Assembly (NCBI GenBank): GCA_938010045.1
Contig: CALLFZ010000004.1
Location: forward strand, 28,107 to 92,106
Length of the DNA: 64,000 nt
Direction: 5' to 3'
Source: an uncultured bacterium
Lineage (GTDB): Bacteria; Verrucomicrobiota; Kiritimatiellia; PWTM01
The stretch's first letter is position 1. Each line of letters starts with the position of its first letter. The notes beneath the pieces were generated by a model. It was given only the letters and a program-made list of their open reading frames with translations. It was not told the DNA's origin and made no database searches. Both the position numbers and the translations under genes were made by a program. Shown one piece after another: positions 28,199-37,016 of this stretch.

Positions 28199-28942
28199 TT
28201 ATTCAACCACATCCACCCAGCGGCGGACGGAGGGGTCGGGCGACGGCGATGTCGGAGGCTCGGTTCCGGCCGGCGGTTGCGGCGTGGCGTTGCCCTCCGG
28301 TGCCGCGGAGGCTCTGGATTCCGGAGCCGAGGGAGCCGGTTCCTCCATCCGTGCCGGGCCGCCGGCCCCGCTGCCCGCACCGCCCGAACCGCCGCCACCG
28401 CCGCCACGGCGGCGACGACGCCCACGGCGCGCACCGCCGCCACTTTCTCGCCCCGACCGCATCGCCTCGCCGTGCCGTCCGGCCGCGTGCCGCGAGTCAC
28501 CCCCTTCACCACCGGCGGACTCCATCGCCTTGCGCAAGGTGGCCGTCCGCAGTGTGGCAATGCCCGCCTCGGCCGCCTGACGCTCAACGTCGGCATCATC
28601 GCAAACCAGCGTCGCCGGCCCGCGACGCGCGGCCGCGCGCGCCAGTTCCAGAAGACGAGCGCCCCGGCGGGCGGCCGACTCAGCGTAATAGACCGTGACG
28701 CCCTGGAATTGATCGCCGTCGCCAGCGCGGTGCAACGGTTCGCCATCAAACACCACGGCGGACGGAATCTTTTCCTGCTCTGCGAACCGGCCCAGCCGGT
28801 ACAGCAGACCGATCATGTCGCGGGGGCCGGGCCGATGCTCCGGACGAACACCAAGCAGCGCGCGTCCATCCACGATCATGCGCGCCGTCACCGTCGGCAT
28901 ATCGGAGGAAAACAGCCCCGTGATCGCTTCCAGCAGACCCAT
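28199..28942 (-). CDS. NYN-domain (YacP-like) putative RNase with Gly/Arg-rich (RGG-like) C-terminal tail
   Basis: MIVDG...AVVFDGEP...VTVYYAESAARRGARLLEL...ATLVCDDADVERQAAEAGIATL aligns with the B. subtilis YacP blocks (LLVDGYN/VVFDA/VEVIFT..ADE/IHVATSD). The start is uncertain; alternative ATGs lie at 28900 and 28879. Confidence 0.5.
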   Translation of the reverse strand: MGLLEAITGLFSSDMPTVTARMIVDGRALLGVRPEHRPGPRDMIGLLYRLGRFAEQEKIPSAVVFDGEPLHRAGDGDQFQGVTVYYAESAARRGARLLELARAAARRGPATLVCDDADVERQAAEAGIATLRTATLRKAMESAGGEGGDSRHAAGRHGEAMRSGRESGGGARRGRRRRRGGGGGGSGGAGSGAGGPARMEEPAPSAPESRASAAPEGNATPQPPAGTEPPTSPSPDPSVRRWVDVVE

Positions 28943-29379
28943 GGGAACTCCTCTTCGTTCACCCGTGGCGCCCAGTACGACTGGTCGCCTCAACTTGCGG
29001 CGCCGCCCGGGGAACCGGTTCGTCACCGGTTCGTCTCCGGGCGTGCCGGTCATCTCCAGTCTAAGTGAGCGCCGCAAGGCGATCAAGCATGGATGAGATC
29101 CGGCGCCCATCCCTATCGTTTCCAACAACTCGGAGGACGTCGACGGCTGTACGCCCTACCTCCATTGTGGTGGAGGAGGGCGGCTTGGCTGGCCACCTGA
29201 TCCCGTCCCCGCATCACCGGCATCGCTACGGCGCGGTGGCCGTCGACCCACGAAGGTCGCACCCTGGCTCATCAGCGGTCAAAGCAGTACGGATCGTCTT
29301 CGGCCACCACGGGCGGCAGATCAAGACGCGCCAACGCATCGGCTCGCCGCATCAGGAGGCGTGAGCATACCGCCAGTCT

Positions 29380-30000
29380 CACAACCGGCTTGGATGAACA
29401 CAGCCACGCGATTGTCGCGCGCGCACCTGGCGGCGCGGTAGCGCGATGGAGCGACTCACCACATCGCAGATGTCTGGATGCGTGGACCATGTCACCTCGC
29501 TCACCCGCTCGCCATTGACCCGCACCCACGAGCGCACGCCCAGAGGGCCGAGTTCGAGGATCAGATCCTGGTCCTCGAATCCGGGAATCCGGCCGGCAGA
29601 TCGAACCACCGCCGGCACCACGACTGGCCGGCGGAGTCATTCGGGGCCAGCGCGAAGAAGTGGATGGGCCGCGGCACTGGCACCTCGCCCCAGGCCGAGC
29701 CAACGGAGTCGGGGTTTTCACCAACCGGCGGCGCGTCCCTCGTTCGTTCGATCCCACATGCCACGCCAGCCGATCCGCGATGGAATTTTCAACGGCCGCT
29801 CCGAGGTTATGCACGAGTCGCGACAACAGCCATGACGTCCGCGGCGATATCGTGCGCAGCCGCTCGCTGCGGTCCGCATCGGAGTGCCACGAGGCCGCCG
29901 GACACACCACCACCGCGCCGCGGCCGCGACGCAACACCCGTCGCGTCGGGTCTCCCCTCCTCCGCAGGCGCCGAACCTACCGGGCGAGCGCGCCAATGGA
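29380..30000 (-). pseudogene. possible frameshifted remnant of an amidase_2 (AmpD-like N-acetylmuramoyl-L-alanine amidase) gene
   Basis: Three successive minus-strand frames read ..SRLVHNLGAAVENSIADRLAWHVGSNERG / ..ENPDSVGSAWGEV.. / ..FDLPAGFPDSRT... These resemble AmpD ..HYLIRRDGEIVQFV..RAWHAG..CNDFSIGIELEG..CDIAPDRKTDPG. No intact ORF is present. Confidence 0.3.
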
Positions 30001-30357
30001 GCTCCGCGGCCGAGACACCGTTGGAACCGAGGATCACCTCCCGCGCGGTCGGCGGCGCATCGTCCGTCGGCGCCGGTGGGGGGGCGGCAGCTCGGGGGCC
30101 CCCACCTGAAGCTCGTCCGCGCTGAGTTCCAGCGCCCGCGCATGCGACCCCGCGTCCATCGCCGCGACCCACCGGCACGGTGGAGATCCACCTGACCCGG
30201 CCACGATGAACACCGGCTGGGACGGAGCGAGCTTCCGGCGCGGGCACCGCGCCCGCGGCCGTCCCCGCGATCCTCAGCACGAACGCGACGGCCCACGCCT
30301 GCCCGCTGATAGTCCACGTCCTTGGACGGCGGCCATCGCGCGCGGTCGTGCGCCGGC

Positions 30358-31386
30358 TTACAGCAGCTTCAGGCGCGGCAGGTCCTGCAGATCCACCATG
30401 CCCACCACGCGGCCACTCTCATCCACGACCACCAGATCGTCAATCGCATGTTCGCGGAACGCGCGCAGCACATCGACGGCGAGCCGGTCGGCGCCGACGC
30501 ACACGGGCTGCCGCGTCATCACGTCGGCGATCGGCCGCTCGCCGGGATGAAGGCCGGCGGCCAGCTGACGGCGCAGATCCCCGTCGGTGAAGATGCCGGC
30601 GAGGCGCCCTCGTTCGTCCACCACGGCCACCGAGCCGGCGCGCGCGCGGGTCATCGCGACGACCGCATCGCTCACGCGCGCCGTCACGGGCACCGTGGCG
30701 AGCCGCGGGCCAGTGCGCATGATGTCGCGCACCCGCAGCAGCAGCGCGCGGCCAATTGCGCCGGCCGGGTGCAGTTTCGCGTAGTCCTCGCGTCCGAAGC
30801 CGCGCGCCCGCAGCAGTGTGATCGCGAGCGCGTCGCCGACCGCGAGCATCGCGGTGGTGCTCGCGGTCGGCGCGAGATTAAAGGGACACGCCTCGCGCCG
30901 CACGCGCACGCAGAGCACGGCATCGCAGAGGCGTGCGAGGGGGCTGCGCGCATCGGCCGTGAACGCGACGATCGGCGCGCCGAGCTGCCGCAGTGCGGGC
31001 ACCAGTTGCAGAAGCTCGTCCGACGCGCCGCTGTAGCTCATTGCGATCACCGCATCCGCGGGCTGCACGATTCCGAGATCCCCGTGCATCGCATCGGAGG
31101 GGTGCATGACCACCGACGGTGAGCCCGTGCTCGTCAACGTCGCGGCGATTTTTTGCGCGATCGGCAAGTTCTTGCCGACGCCGGTCCACACGAGCTTGCC
31201 GCCGCGCGCGAGGCGGTCGAGCAACAGGTCCACCACGCGCGCGAACCCGCGCCCGAGGCTCTGCTGCACGCGGTGCAGTTCCGCAATCTCAATCTCCAGC
31301 ACGCGGCGCGCGATCGCCGCGTGATCGGGCGTGGCCAGCGCGGCTCGCCCGCGTCGGGGTCCTCCGTGGCGGCGTTTCGCGCTCAT
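30358..31386 (-). CDS. kdsD: arabinose-5-phosphate isomerase (SIS + tandem CBS domains)
   Basis: KpsF/GutQ architecture: SIS domain (GVGKNLPIAQKIAATLTSTGSP) followed by a CBS pair. ATGA overlap with the lepB stop. Confidence 0.85.
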   Translation of the reverse strand: MSAKRRHGGPRRGRAALATPDHAAIARRVLEIEIAELHRVQQSLGRGFARVVDLLLDRLARGGKLVWTGVGKNLPIAQKIAATLTSTGSPSVVMHPSDAMHGDLGIVQPADAVIAMSYSGASDELLQLVPALRQLGAPIVAFTADARSPLARLCDAVLCVRVRREACPFNLAPTASTTAMLAVGDALAITLLRARGFGREDYAKLHPAGAIGRALLLRVRDIMRTGPRLATVPVTARVSDAVVAMTRARAGSVAVVDERGRLAGIFTDGDLRRQLAAGLHPGERPIADVMTRQPVCVGADRLAVDVLRAFREHAIDDLVVVDESGRVVGMVDLQDLPRLKLL

Positions 31387-32585
31387 CGCACCCACCCCCA
31401 CCGGCGCGACAGCGGCCAGTACACCGTGAACGCCGGCCCGACCAAGTCTGCGGCCTTCACGGGCCCGAAATACCGCCCGTCGAGACTCGACCGCGTGTTG
31501 TCGCCGAGCGGCAGATACTCGTCCGGCCCCAGCTCCAGCACATCCTCGGGCGAGGCCAGTTTCGGGCGGCGCGGCGACGGCCCCGACGCCAGTTCATAAC
31601 CGTGGTACGACGGATCGTGCACGAGGCGGTGAAACGGATACGGCGACTCCACCGGGCGGCCGTTGACCACCAGGTGGGGGGGCCGAATCGAGATGTGCTC
31701 ATTCGGCAGGCCGGCCAATCGCTTGATGTAAAAATCGCCCCGCAGGTTGGGGAAATCCACGCGGCTGACGTCGAACACGATGATGTCGCCGCGGCGCGGC
31801 TTTCGAAAGTTGTAGCGGATTTTGTCCACAAAGACGTGATCACCGATCTTCACGCGGCCCGAAGCGAGCACGTCGCCCTCGGTTACGAACGAGCCCTCCG
31901 GGACGCGTCGCGGGAGGTTCACACGCGCACGGTGCAGGACGGGCGTGCTGCCCGGCATCCCGCCGCGGCTCGGTGGCCGCTCGAACACGGGGATCAGGTC
32001 GTAGTCGTCGTCGGGCGAGCGCTGAGAAAAACCGACGTATCCGTTGCAGCGCGCGCGGACCTCGACATAGCCCTCGCCAAAGAGGGCCCAGCCGAGCCAC
32101 GAGACCGGCGGCCAGTCGTACCATCGCCGTCCAACCTGGTCACGGATCTGCACGCCGCACAGCGTCGGCATCATCGAGCCGGTCGGGATGCGAAAGGGCT
32201 GGATGAAGTAGCAGCGCAGCGCCATCGCGACCGCGCCCGCGACGGCGGCGATCTCGACGAACTCCCGCGCGCGGTGCCATGGGCGCGGCGGCGCCAGCCG
32301 CCGCAGCGCCTGATCGAGATCGCTGAGCGCCCTGTCCACCGCCGCCGCGTCGTGCGCGCGCAGCGCCGTCGCCGTGCGCTCCTCGGCGGCCCGCACCGCG
32401 CCCAGCTCCTCGGCGCGCGCGATATCCTCCCACATCGCCCGCGTGTGCCGCGCGTGGTGCAGCGCCTCGCGCGCCGCCTTCCGCAGCCGCCGCCAGCGCC
32501 ACCAACGTACCACCGCCTTCGCGACGCCGACGACGTTCCCCCGCCGCGCCCCGACGCCCGGTCCCGGCGCCCCACCCCGGCTCAT
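31383..32585 (-). CDS. lepB: signal peptidase I (S26) with long N-terminal cytoplasmic/helical extension
   Basis: Catalytic Ser motif IPTGSMMPTL, Lys box GDIIVFD and the C-terminal GDNTRSSLDGRYFG. The ATG at MSRGG was chosen (ATGA overlap with the lepA stop). Confidence 0.85.
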   Translation of the reverse strand: MSRGGAPGPGVGARRGNVVGVAKAVVRWWRWRRLRKAAREALHHARHTRAMWEDIARAEELGAVRAAEERTATALRAHDAAAVDRALSDLDQALRRLAPPRPWHRAREFVEIAAVAGAVAMALRCYFIQPFRIPTGSMMPTLCGVQIRDQVGRRWYDWPPVSWLGWALFGEGYVEVRARCNGYVGFSQRSPDDDYDLIPVFERPPSRGGMPGSTPVLHRARVNLPRRVPEGSFVTEGDVLASGRVKIGDHVFVDKIRYNFRKPRRGDIIVFDVSRVDFPNLRGDFYIKRLAGLPNEHISIRPPHLVVNGRPVESPYPFHRLVHDPSYHGYELASGPSPRRPKLASPEDVLELGPDEYLPLGDNTRSSLDGRYFGPVKAADLVGPAFTVYWPLSRRWGWVR

Positions 32586-34387
32586 GTGTCCGCCTTCAGC
32601 ACCCGCACGAATGCTTCCTGCGGAATGCCCACTTCGCCGACCTGCTTCATTCGCTGTTTGCCCTCCTTCTGCCGCTCCAGCAGCTTGCGTTTTCGCGTGA
32701 TGTCGCCGCCATAGCACTTCGCGGTGACGTCCTTACGGAACGGCCGAATTGTCTCGCGCGCGATGATCGTGCGCCCGATGGCCGCTTGGATCGGAATTGC
32801 AAATTGGTGACGCGGAATCGCCTCGCACAGCGACTTGCAGATCTGCCGGCCGCGCGCCGCCGCTTTGTCCCGATGCACGAGGCATGCGAACGCGTCCACC
32901 GGCTCCCCCGCCACCAGAATGTCGAGCCGCACGATGTCCGATGGCGCATACCCCGCCAACTCATAGTCCATCGAGGCGTAGCCGTGGCTCAAGCTCTTGA
33001 GCCGGTCGTGAAAGTCCACCAGCACTTCGTTCAACGGTAGGCTGGCCGTTAGCATGACGCGCCTCGGATCGAGCGACTCCGTCGTCTCCACCTGCCCGCG
33101 CTTGTCCAGCACCAGTTGCATCAGATCGCCAATGTGCTCGTTGTGGCAGATGATGCGCGCGCGAATGATCGGCTCTTCGATGCGTTCAATTCTCGTCGGA
33201 TCGGGCAGAAACGCGGGGTTGTCCACCTCCTGCACGACCCCATCCGTGCGGTGCACGCGGTACACGACCCCCGGATAGGTCGCGATGATGTCGCAATCGA
33301 ACTCACGCCGCAGCCGCTCCTGGACCACCTCCATGTGCAGCAGCCCGAGGAAGCCACATCGAAAGCCGAGCCCGAGCGCCAAGGAGGACTCCGGCTGGTA
33401 GTGCAGCGCGCTGTCGTTCAGCGCATAGCGTTCAATGCTCGCGCGCAGCTTTTCGTAGTCCGCGCTGTTGACCGGATACAGACCGCAGAACACCATCGGC
33501 CGGATCTGCCGGAAGCCCGGCAGCGGTTCGGCCGCGGGACGCTGCGCGTCGGTGACCGTATCGCCCACGCGCACCTCGGAGGGGTGACGGATCGTCGCGA
33601 TCAGGTACCCGACCATGCCCGCCGCCAACGCCGGTGCGGGCACCGGGCGAGGACGGAATTGCCCGACCTCCTTGATCTCGTACTCCGCGCCCGTGCTCAT
33701 CAGCCGGATCCGCTGGCCCGGCGCCAGGTGCCCATCCACGACCCGCACACACGGCACCACACCCCGATAGGCGTCGAACGACGAGTCGAACACCAGCGCG
33801 CGCACCGTGTCCCGCGCGCCCGGCGAGGGCGGCGGGATGCGGCGCACGATCGCCTCGAGCACCTCGTCCACCCCCTCCCCGGTTTTCGCGCTGACCACCA
33901 GCGCCTCGTCCATCGGGATCGCAAGGATCTCCTCCACCTGCCGGCATACCCCGGGAATGTCCGCGCCCGGCAGGTCGATCTTGTTCAGCACAGGAATGAT
34001 CTCAAGCTGATGCTCCATCGCGAGCAGCGTGTTCGCGACCGTCTGCGCCTCGACGCCCTGCGTCGCGTCAATCACCAACAGCGCGCCCTCGCACGCCGCA
34101 ATGCTGCGCGCCACCTCGTAGGAAAAGTCCACGTGGCCGGGCGTGTCGATCAGGTGAAAGGTGTAGGTGCGACCGTCGCGCGCCGTGTAGGGCATACAGA
34201 CCGGGTGCGCCTTGATCGTGATGCCGCGCTCGCGTTCGAGGTCCATCGCATCGAGCACTTGCGGCATCGCGTTGCGCGGCGAAATGAGACCGGTGCGCTC
34301 GAGCATCCGGTCGGCCAGCGTGGACTTGCCGTGGTCAATGTGCGCGATGATGCAGAAATTTCGGATCTGGTCCGGCGGAACGATCAT
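32582..34387 (-). CDS. lepA: elongation factor 4 (LepA)
   Basis: IRNFCIIAHIDHGKSTLADR.. GTPase motifs, and at 601 aa the full LepA length and C-terminal domain. Confidence 0.95.
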   Translation of the reverse strand: MIVPPDQIRNFCIIAHIDHGKSTLADRMLERTGLISPRNAMPQVLDAMDLERERGITIKAHPVCMPYTARDGRTYTFHLIDTPGHVDFSYEVARSIAACEGALLVIDATQGVEAQTVANTLLAMEHQLEIIPVLNKIDLPGADIPGVCRQVEEILAIPMDEALVVSAKTGEGVDEVLEAIVRRIPPPSPGARDTVRALVFDSSFDAYRGVVPCVRVVDGHLAPGQRIRLMSTGAEYEIKEVGQFRPRPVPAPALAAGMVGYLIATIRHPSEVRVGDTVTDAQRPAAEPLPGFRQIRPMVFCGLYPVNSADYEKLRASIERYALNDSALHYQPESSLALGLGFRCGFLGLLHMEVVQERLRREFDCDIIATYPGVVYRVHRTDGVVQEVDNPAFLPDPTRIERIEEPIIRARIICHNEHIGDLMQLVLDKRGQVETTESLDPRRVMLTASLPLNEVLVDFHDRLKSLSHGYASMDYELAGYAPSDIVRLDILVAGEPVDAFACLVHRDKAAARGRQICKSLCEAIPRHQFAIPIQAAIGRTIIARETIRPFRKDVTAKCYGGDITRKRKLLERQKEGKQRMKQVGEVGIPQEAFVRVLKADT

Positions 34388-35064
34388 CCGGCTCCCCCCG
34401 CCGCCGCGCGCAACCGCGCCACCGCGGCGGCCATGTCCGGCGCGCCGTACAGCGTCGTGCCCGCGATCAGCACATTCGCGCCCGCCCGCGCGCAGGCCGC
34501 GCCGGTCGCCTCGCCGATGCCACCGTCCACCGAGATCGCAAGCGACGGCCGCGCCATCCGCAGCGCCGCGATCTTCGGCAGCACCGCCTCAATGAACGAC
34601 TGGCCCCCGAACCCCGGATGCACGCTCATCAGGAGCACTTCGTCCACCAGCCCCGCCTCCAGGTGCGGCTCGGCCAACTCCAGCGGCGTCTCGGGATTCA
34701 GTGTGAGGCCCGCCCGCACGCCAAGCCCACGCAGCTCGTTCAGCGCCGCCGCAACATCGCACCGCGCCTCGACGTGGATCAGCACCGTCGCCGCACCCGC
34801 GTCGACGTACACCGTCAAGTATAGATCCGGGCGGTCCAGCATCAGATGCACGTGCAGCGGCAATCCGCAGCTCCGCCGCGCGACGCGCACGATCTCGGGC
34901 CCGAAGCTGATGTTCCGCACAAAATGACCGTCCATTACGTCGAGATGCAGCGCGTCCGCGCCGGCCGACTCGGCGCGGCGGCATTCCTCGGCCACGCGAC
35001 CAAAATCGGCCGCGAGCAGCGAGGGCAGGATTTGGATCTTCGGCGGCATCTTCTCGTGAGCCAT
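34384..35064 (-). CDS. rpe: ribulose-phosphate 3-epimerase
   Basis: ..ILPSLLAADFGRVAEE..LHLDVMDGHFV..HVHLM..MSVHPGFGGQ.. is the RPE signature. ATGA overlap with the lepA start. Confidence 0.9.
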   Translation of the reverse strand: MAHEKMPPKIQILPSLLAADFGRVAEECRRAESAGADALHLDVMDGHFVRNISFGPEIVRVARRSCGLPLHVHLMLDRPDLYLTVYVDAGAATVLIHVEARCDVAAALNELRGLGVRAGLTLNPETPLELAEPHLEAGLVDEVLLMSVHPGFGGQSFIEAVLPKIAALRMARPSLAISVDGGIGEATGAACARAGANVLIAGTTLYGAPDMAAAVARLRAAAGGAG

Positions 35065-35389
35065 CGTCCGTGCGTTCGCGCGGCCCGTGTACGCTATCGG
35101 TGCCCCCACCGCCGGTCAAGACGCTCTGCCGTGCTCAAGACCCACCGCGCCCCCACACCCCCCCGCCGATCTCGCGCGCGGCAGCGCTTTCCCCCCTGCC
35201 CGACCTCGCGCCCAAATGTCTCGAGCCGTCCGTCCAAGCATGGGACGCCCGAATCCCCATTCCGTCCAATGCTGGGACCAACCGCATCCATCCCACGCCC
35301 GCCCCGCCGGGCGGGCCGAGGTCGCATCTAAACGTTCGATTCCGTTGAAAAACCCCTAGGCTCTTCTCCGGGTTGAGGGCGGTGGCGGG

Positions 35390-36357
35390 TTGACGCGCGT
35401 GAGATGAAGCTCACCGCGCTCGAGCAGTTCCCGCTGGACCTCTTCGCCCGGCTCCAGCCCAATGGCGGCCGCCAGCGCCAGCGGGAAGGAAACGTAGAGC
35501 CGGGGCTTCTGTCCCTTCGATCCGACGAGCCTGGTTTACTTCCGCCGGCGGCTGTTGGAGCATGGCCTCACGGCGACCGCCTTCGATGCGGTGCTCGATG
35601 CGATGCGTCAGGCCGGCGACCTCAAAGCGCGGACAGCGCAGCGGCTGGACTCGACGCATGTGATCGGACCGGTCAGCCAAATGAGCCGGCTGGAGCGCGT
35701 GCGCGAGGGCCTGCGTCGGGCGTTGGAGCGACTGGAACGGGAACCGGCGCTGGCGCGACCCGCCGCGTGGCCGGCCGGGTGGGAACGCGATGTCGAAAGC
35801 CGCCCGGACTACCCGGCGCCCCGCGAGGCGCTGGAGGCCAAGATGCTCCAAGCCGGCCAGGATGCCCGCGATCTGCTCGGTTGGGCCCAGACCCCGCCCG
35901 AAGCCCTGCGCCAGACACGGCAGATGGAAACGCTGCGCCGGGGTTCCAGGGAACACTTCGAGTTGACCCCGGAGCTGACGCCGTCGATGTGAGTCTTCGG
36001 GATCGCCAGGCGCTCTGCCCGGCCGGCCAGACGAGCACCCAATGCAGCCGGCTGGAGGAGGTCACATGTAAAGTCTACTATCGCTTCGAGTGGAACCACG
36101 AGCGGTGCGGCGCCTGCCCGTTGCGCACGCGTTGCGTGGGAAGGAGCCAAGTCCATCGGACGCTGCTGGTGGGGGAGTACCACGAATGGCTTCAGGCGCG
36201 CCGCCGCGCGATGGCGCGGCCGGACTTCAACATGCGTAGGCATCCCCGTAACGGCATCGAAGAGTCGATGAGTGAATTGAATCGGGGATATGGATTCGGA
36301 CGCAGCCGCTACCGGGGCTTGGCGAAAACCGCTGCCGATTTTTCGCTTCTGGCCTGA
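35390..36357 (+). mobile_element. IS1182-family transposase remnant (internally deleted and frameshifted, non-functional)
   Basis: Frame 1 (to 35992) reads ..FRRRLLEHGLTATAFDAVLDAMRQAGDLKARTAQRLDSTHVIGPVSQMSRLERV... Frame 2 (36000-36357) reads ..YYRFEWNHERCGACPLRTRCVGRSQVHRTLLV...RSRYRGLAKTAADFSLLA, which is the DDE_Tnp_1_6 CxxCPLRxxC C-terminus. The central DDE region is missing. Confidence 0.7.
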
Positions 36358-36497
36358 AAGCAGATCCCGACCGCCACGCTCGGCTCGACGCATGTGGGCT
36401 GCCTTGTTTCGCACACCGAAGACGGCAGCGAAAATGGGACGCGGTAAAGATTGGGGGGTTCGGCTTGCAGGCTTTGTTCGAGGCGGACGGCTCCAAC

Positions 36498-36802
36498 TGG
36501 GGACAGGCACCTGGCGATCCCATTTTGGGTTCTCTGCGCCTACTGCGCCCAGAGAGGTGCCTGTCCCCACGACGACAACAACAACGTGCCTGTCCCCAGC
36601 GGACCCCCGTTTCCACAGCCTCAGCCCCGGACCTGCCTGCCCCTCACGGCCCCGCTCCGGCGGCGGAGCGCCGGAGCTACAGCGGACGGAACACCATCAT
36701 CAGGCCAGCTTTGCGCGCTGCGCATGTGCCTGTCCCCAATCGGGCCCGGAAGCAGTGGACTGGTGTGCCTGTCCCTAGCCGCCGTCCCAGGTGCCTGTCC
36801 CC
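36498..36802. repeat. repeat locus A: 6-7 copies of a 13-14-nt motif GGTGCCTGTCCCCA or its reverse complement, with variable spacers
   Basis: Copies read directly at about 36498 (rc), 36557, 36588, 36724, 36767 (1 mismatch) and 36789. One carries the extended form GCGCCCAGAGAGGTGCCTGTCCCC. Confidence 0.85.
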
Positions 36803-37016
36803 TGGGAGGGTTGAATGGTCGAAACCGTCGTTTTGTTCGGGCAGCGGCGAAAACCACCGGCGAATGGCACATAGGCGTTGGGGTAAACGAAATTTTCGTC
36901 CGTTCGCCGTGGCCAGTATTGGCCGCTCATTTCCCAACAGCGCAATCGGCTCGGCCCCGCGCGGTTTGCATGAGCGTACCGCGATCTACTACCGTCGATT
37001 GGAGCTCTCGCCGCAG

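Noticed and set aside
35328-35350. tRNA-like T-loop sequence CGTTCGATTCCG
   Set aside because: The flanking sequence cannot form a T-stem or an acceptor stem, and no cloverleaf can be built. No tRNA was recognised anywhere by eye, though a tRNAscan run is needed to be sure.
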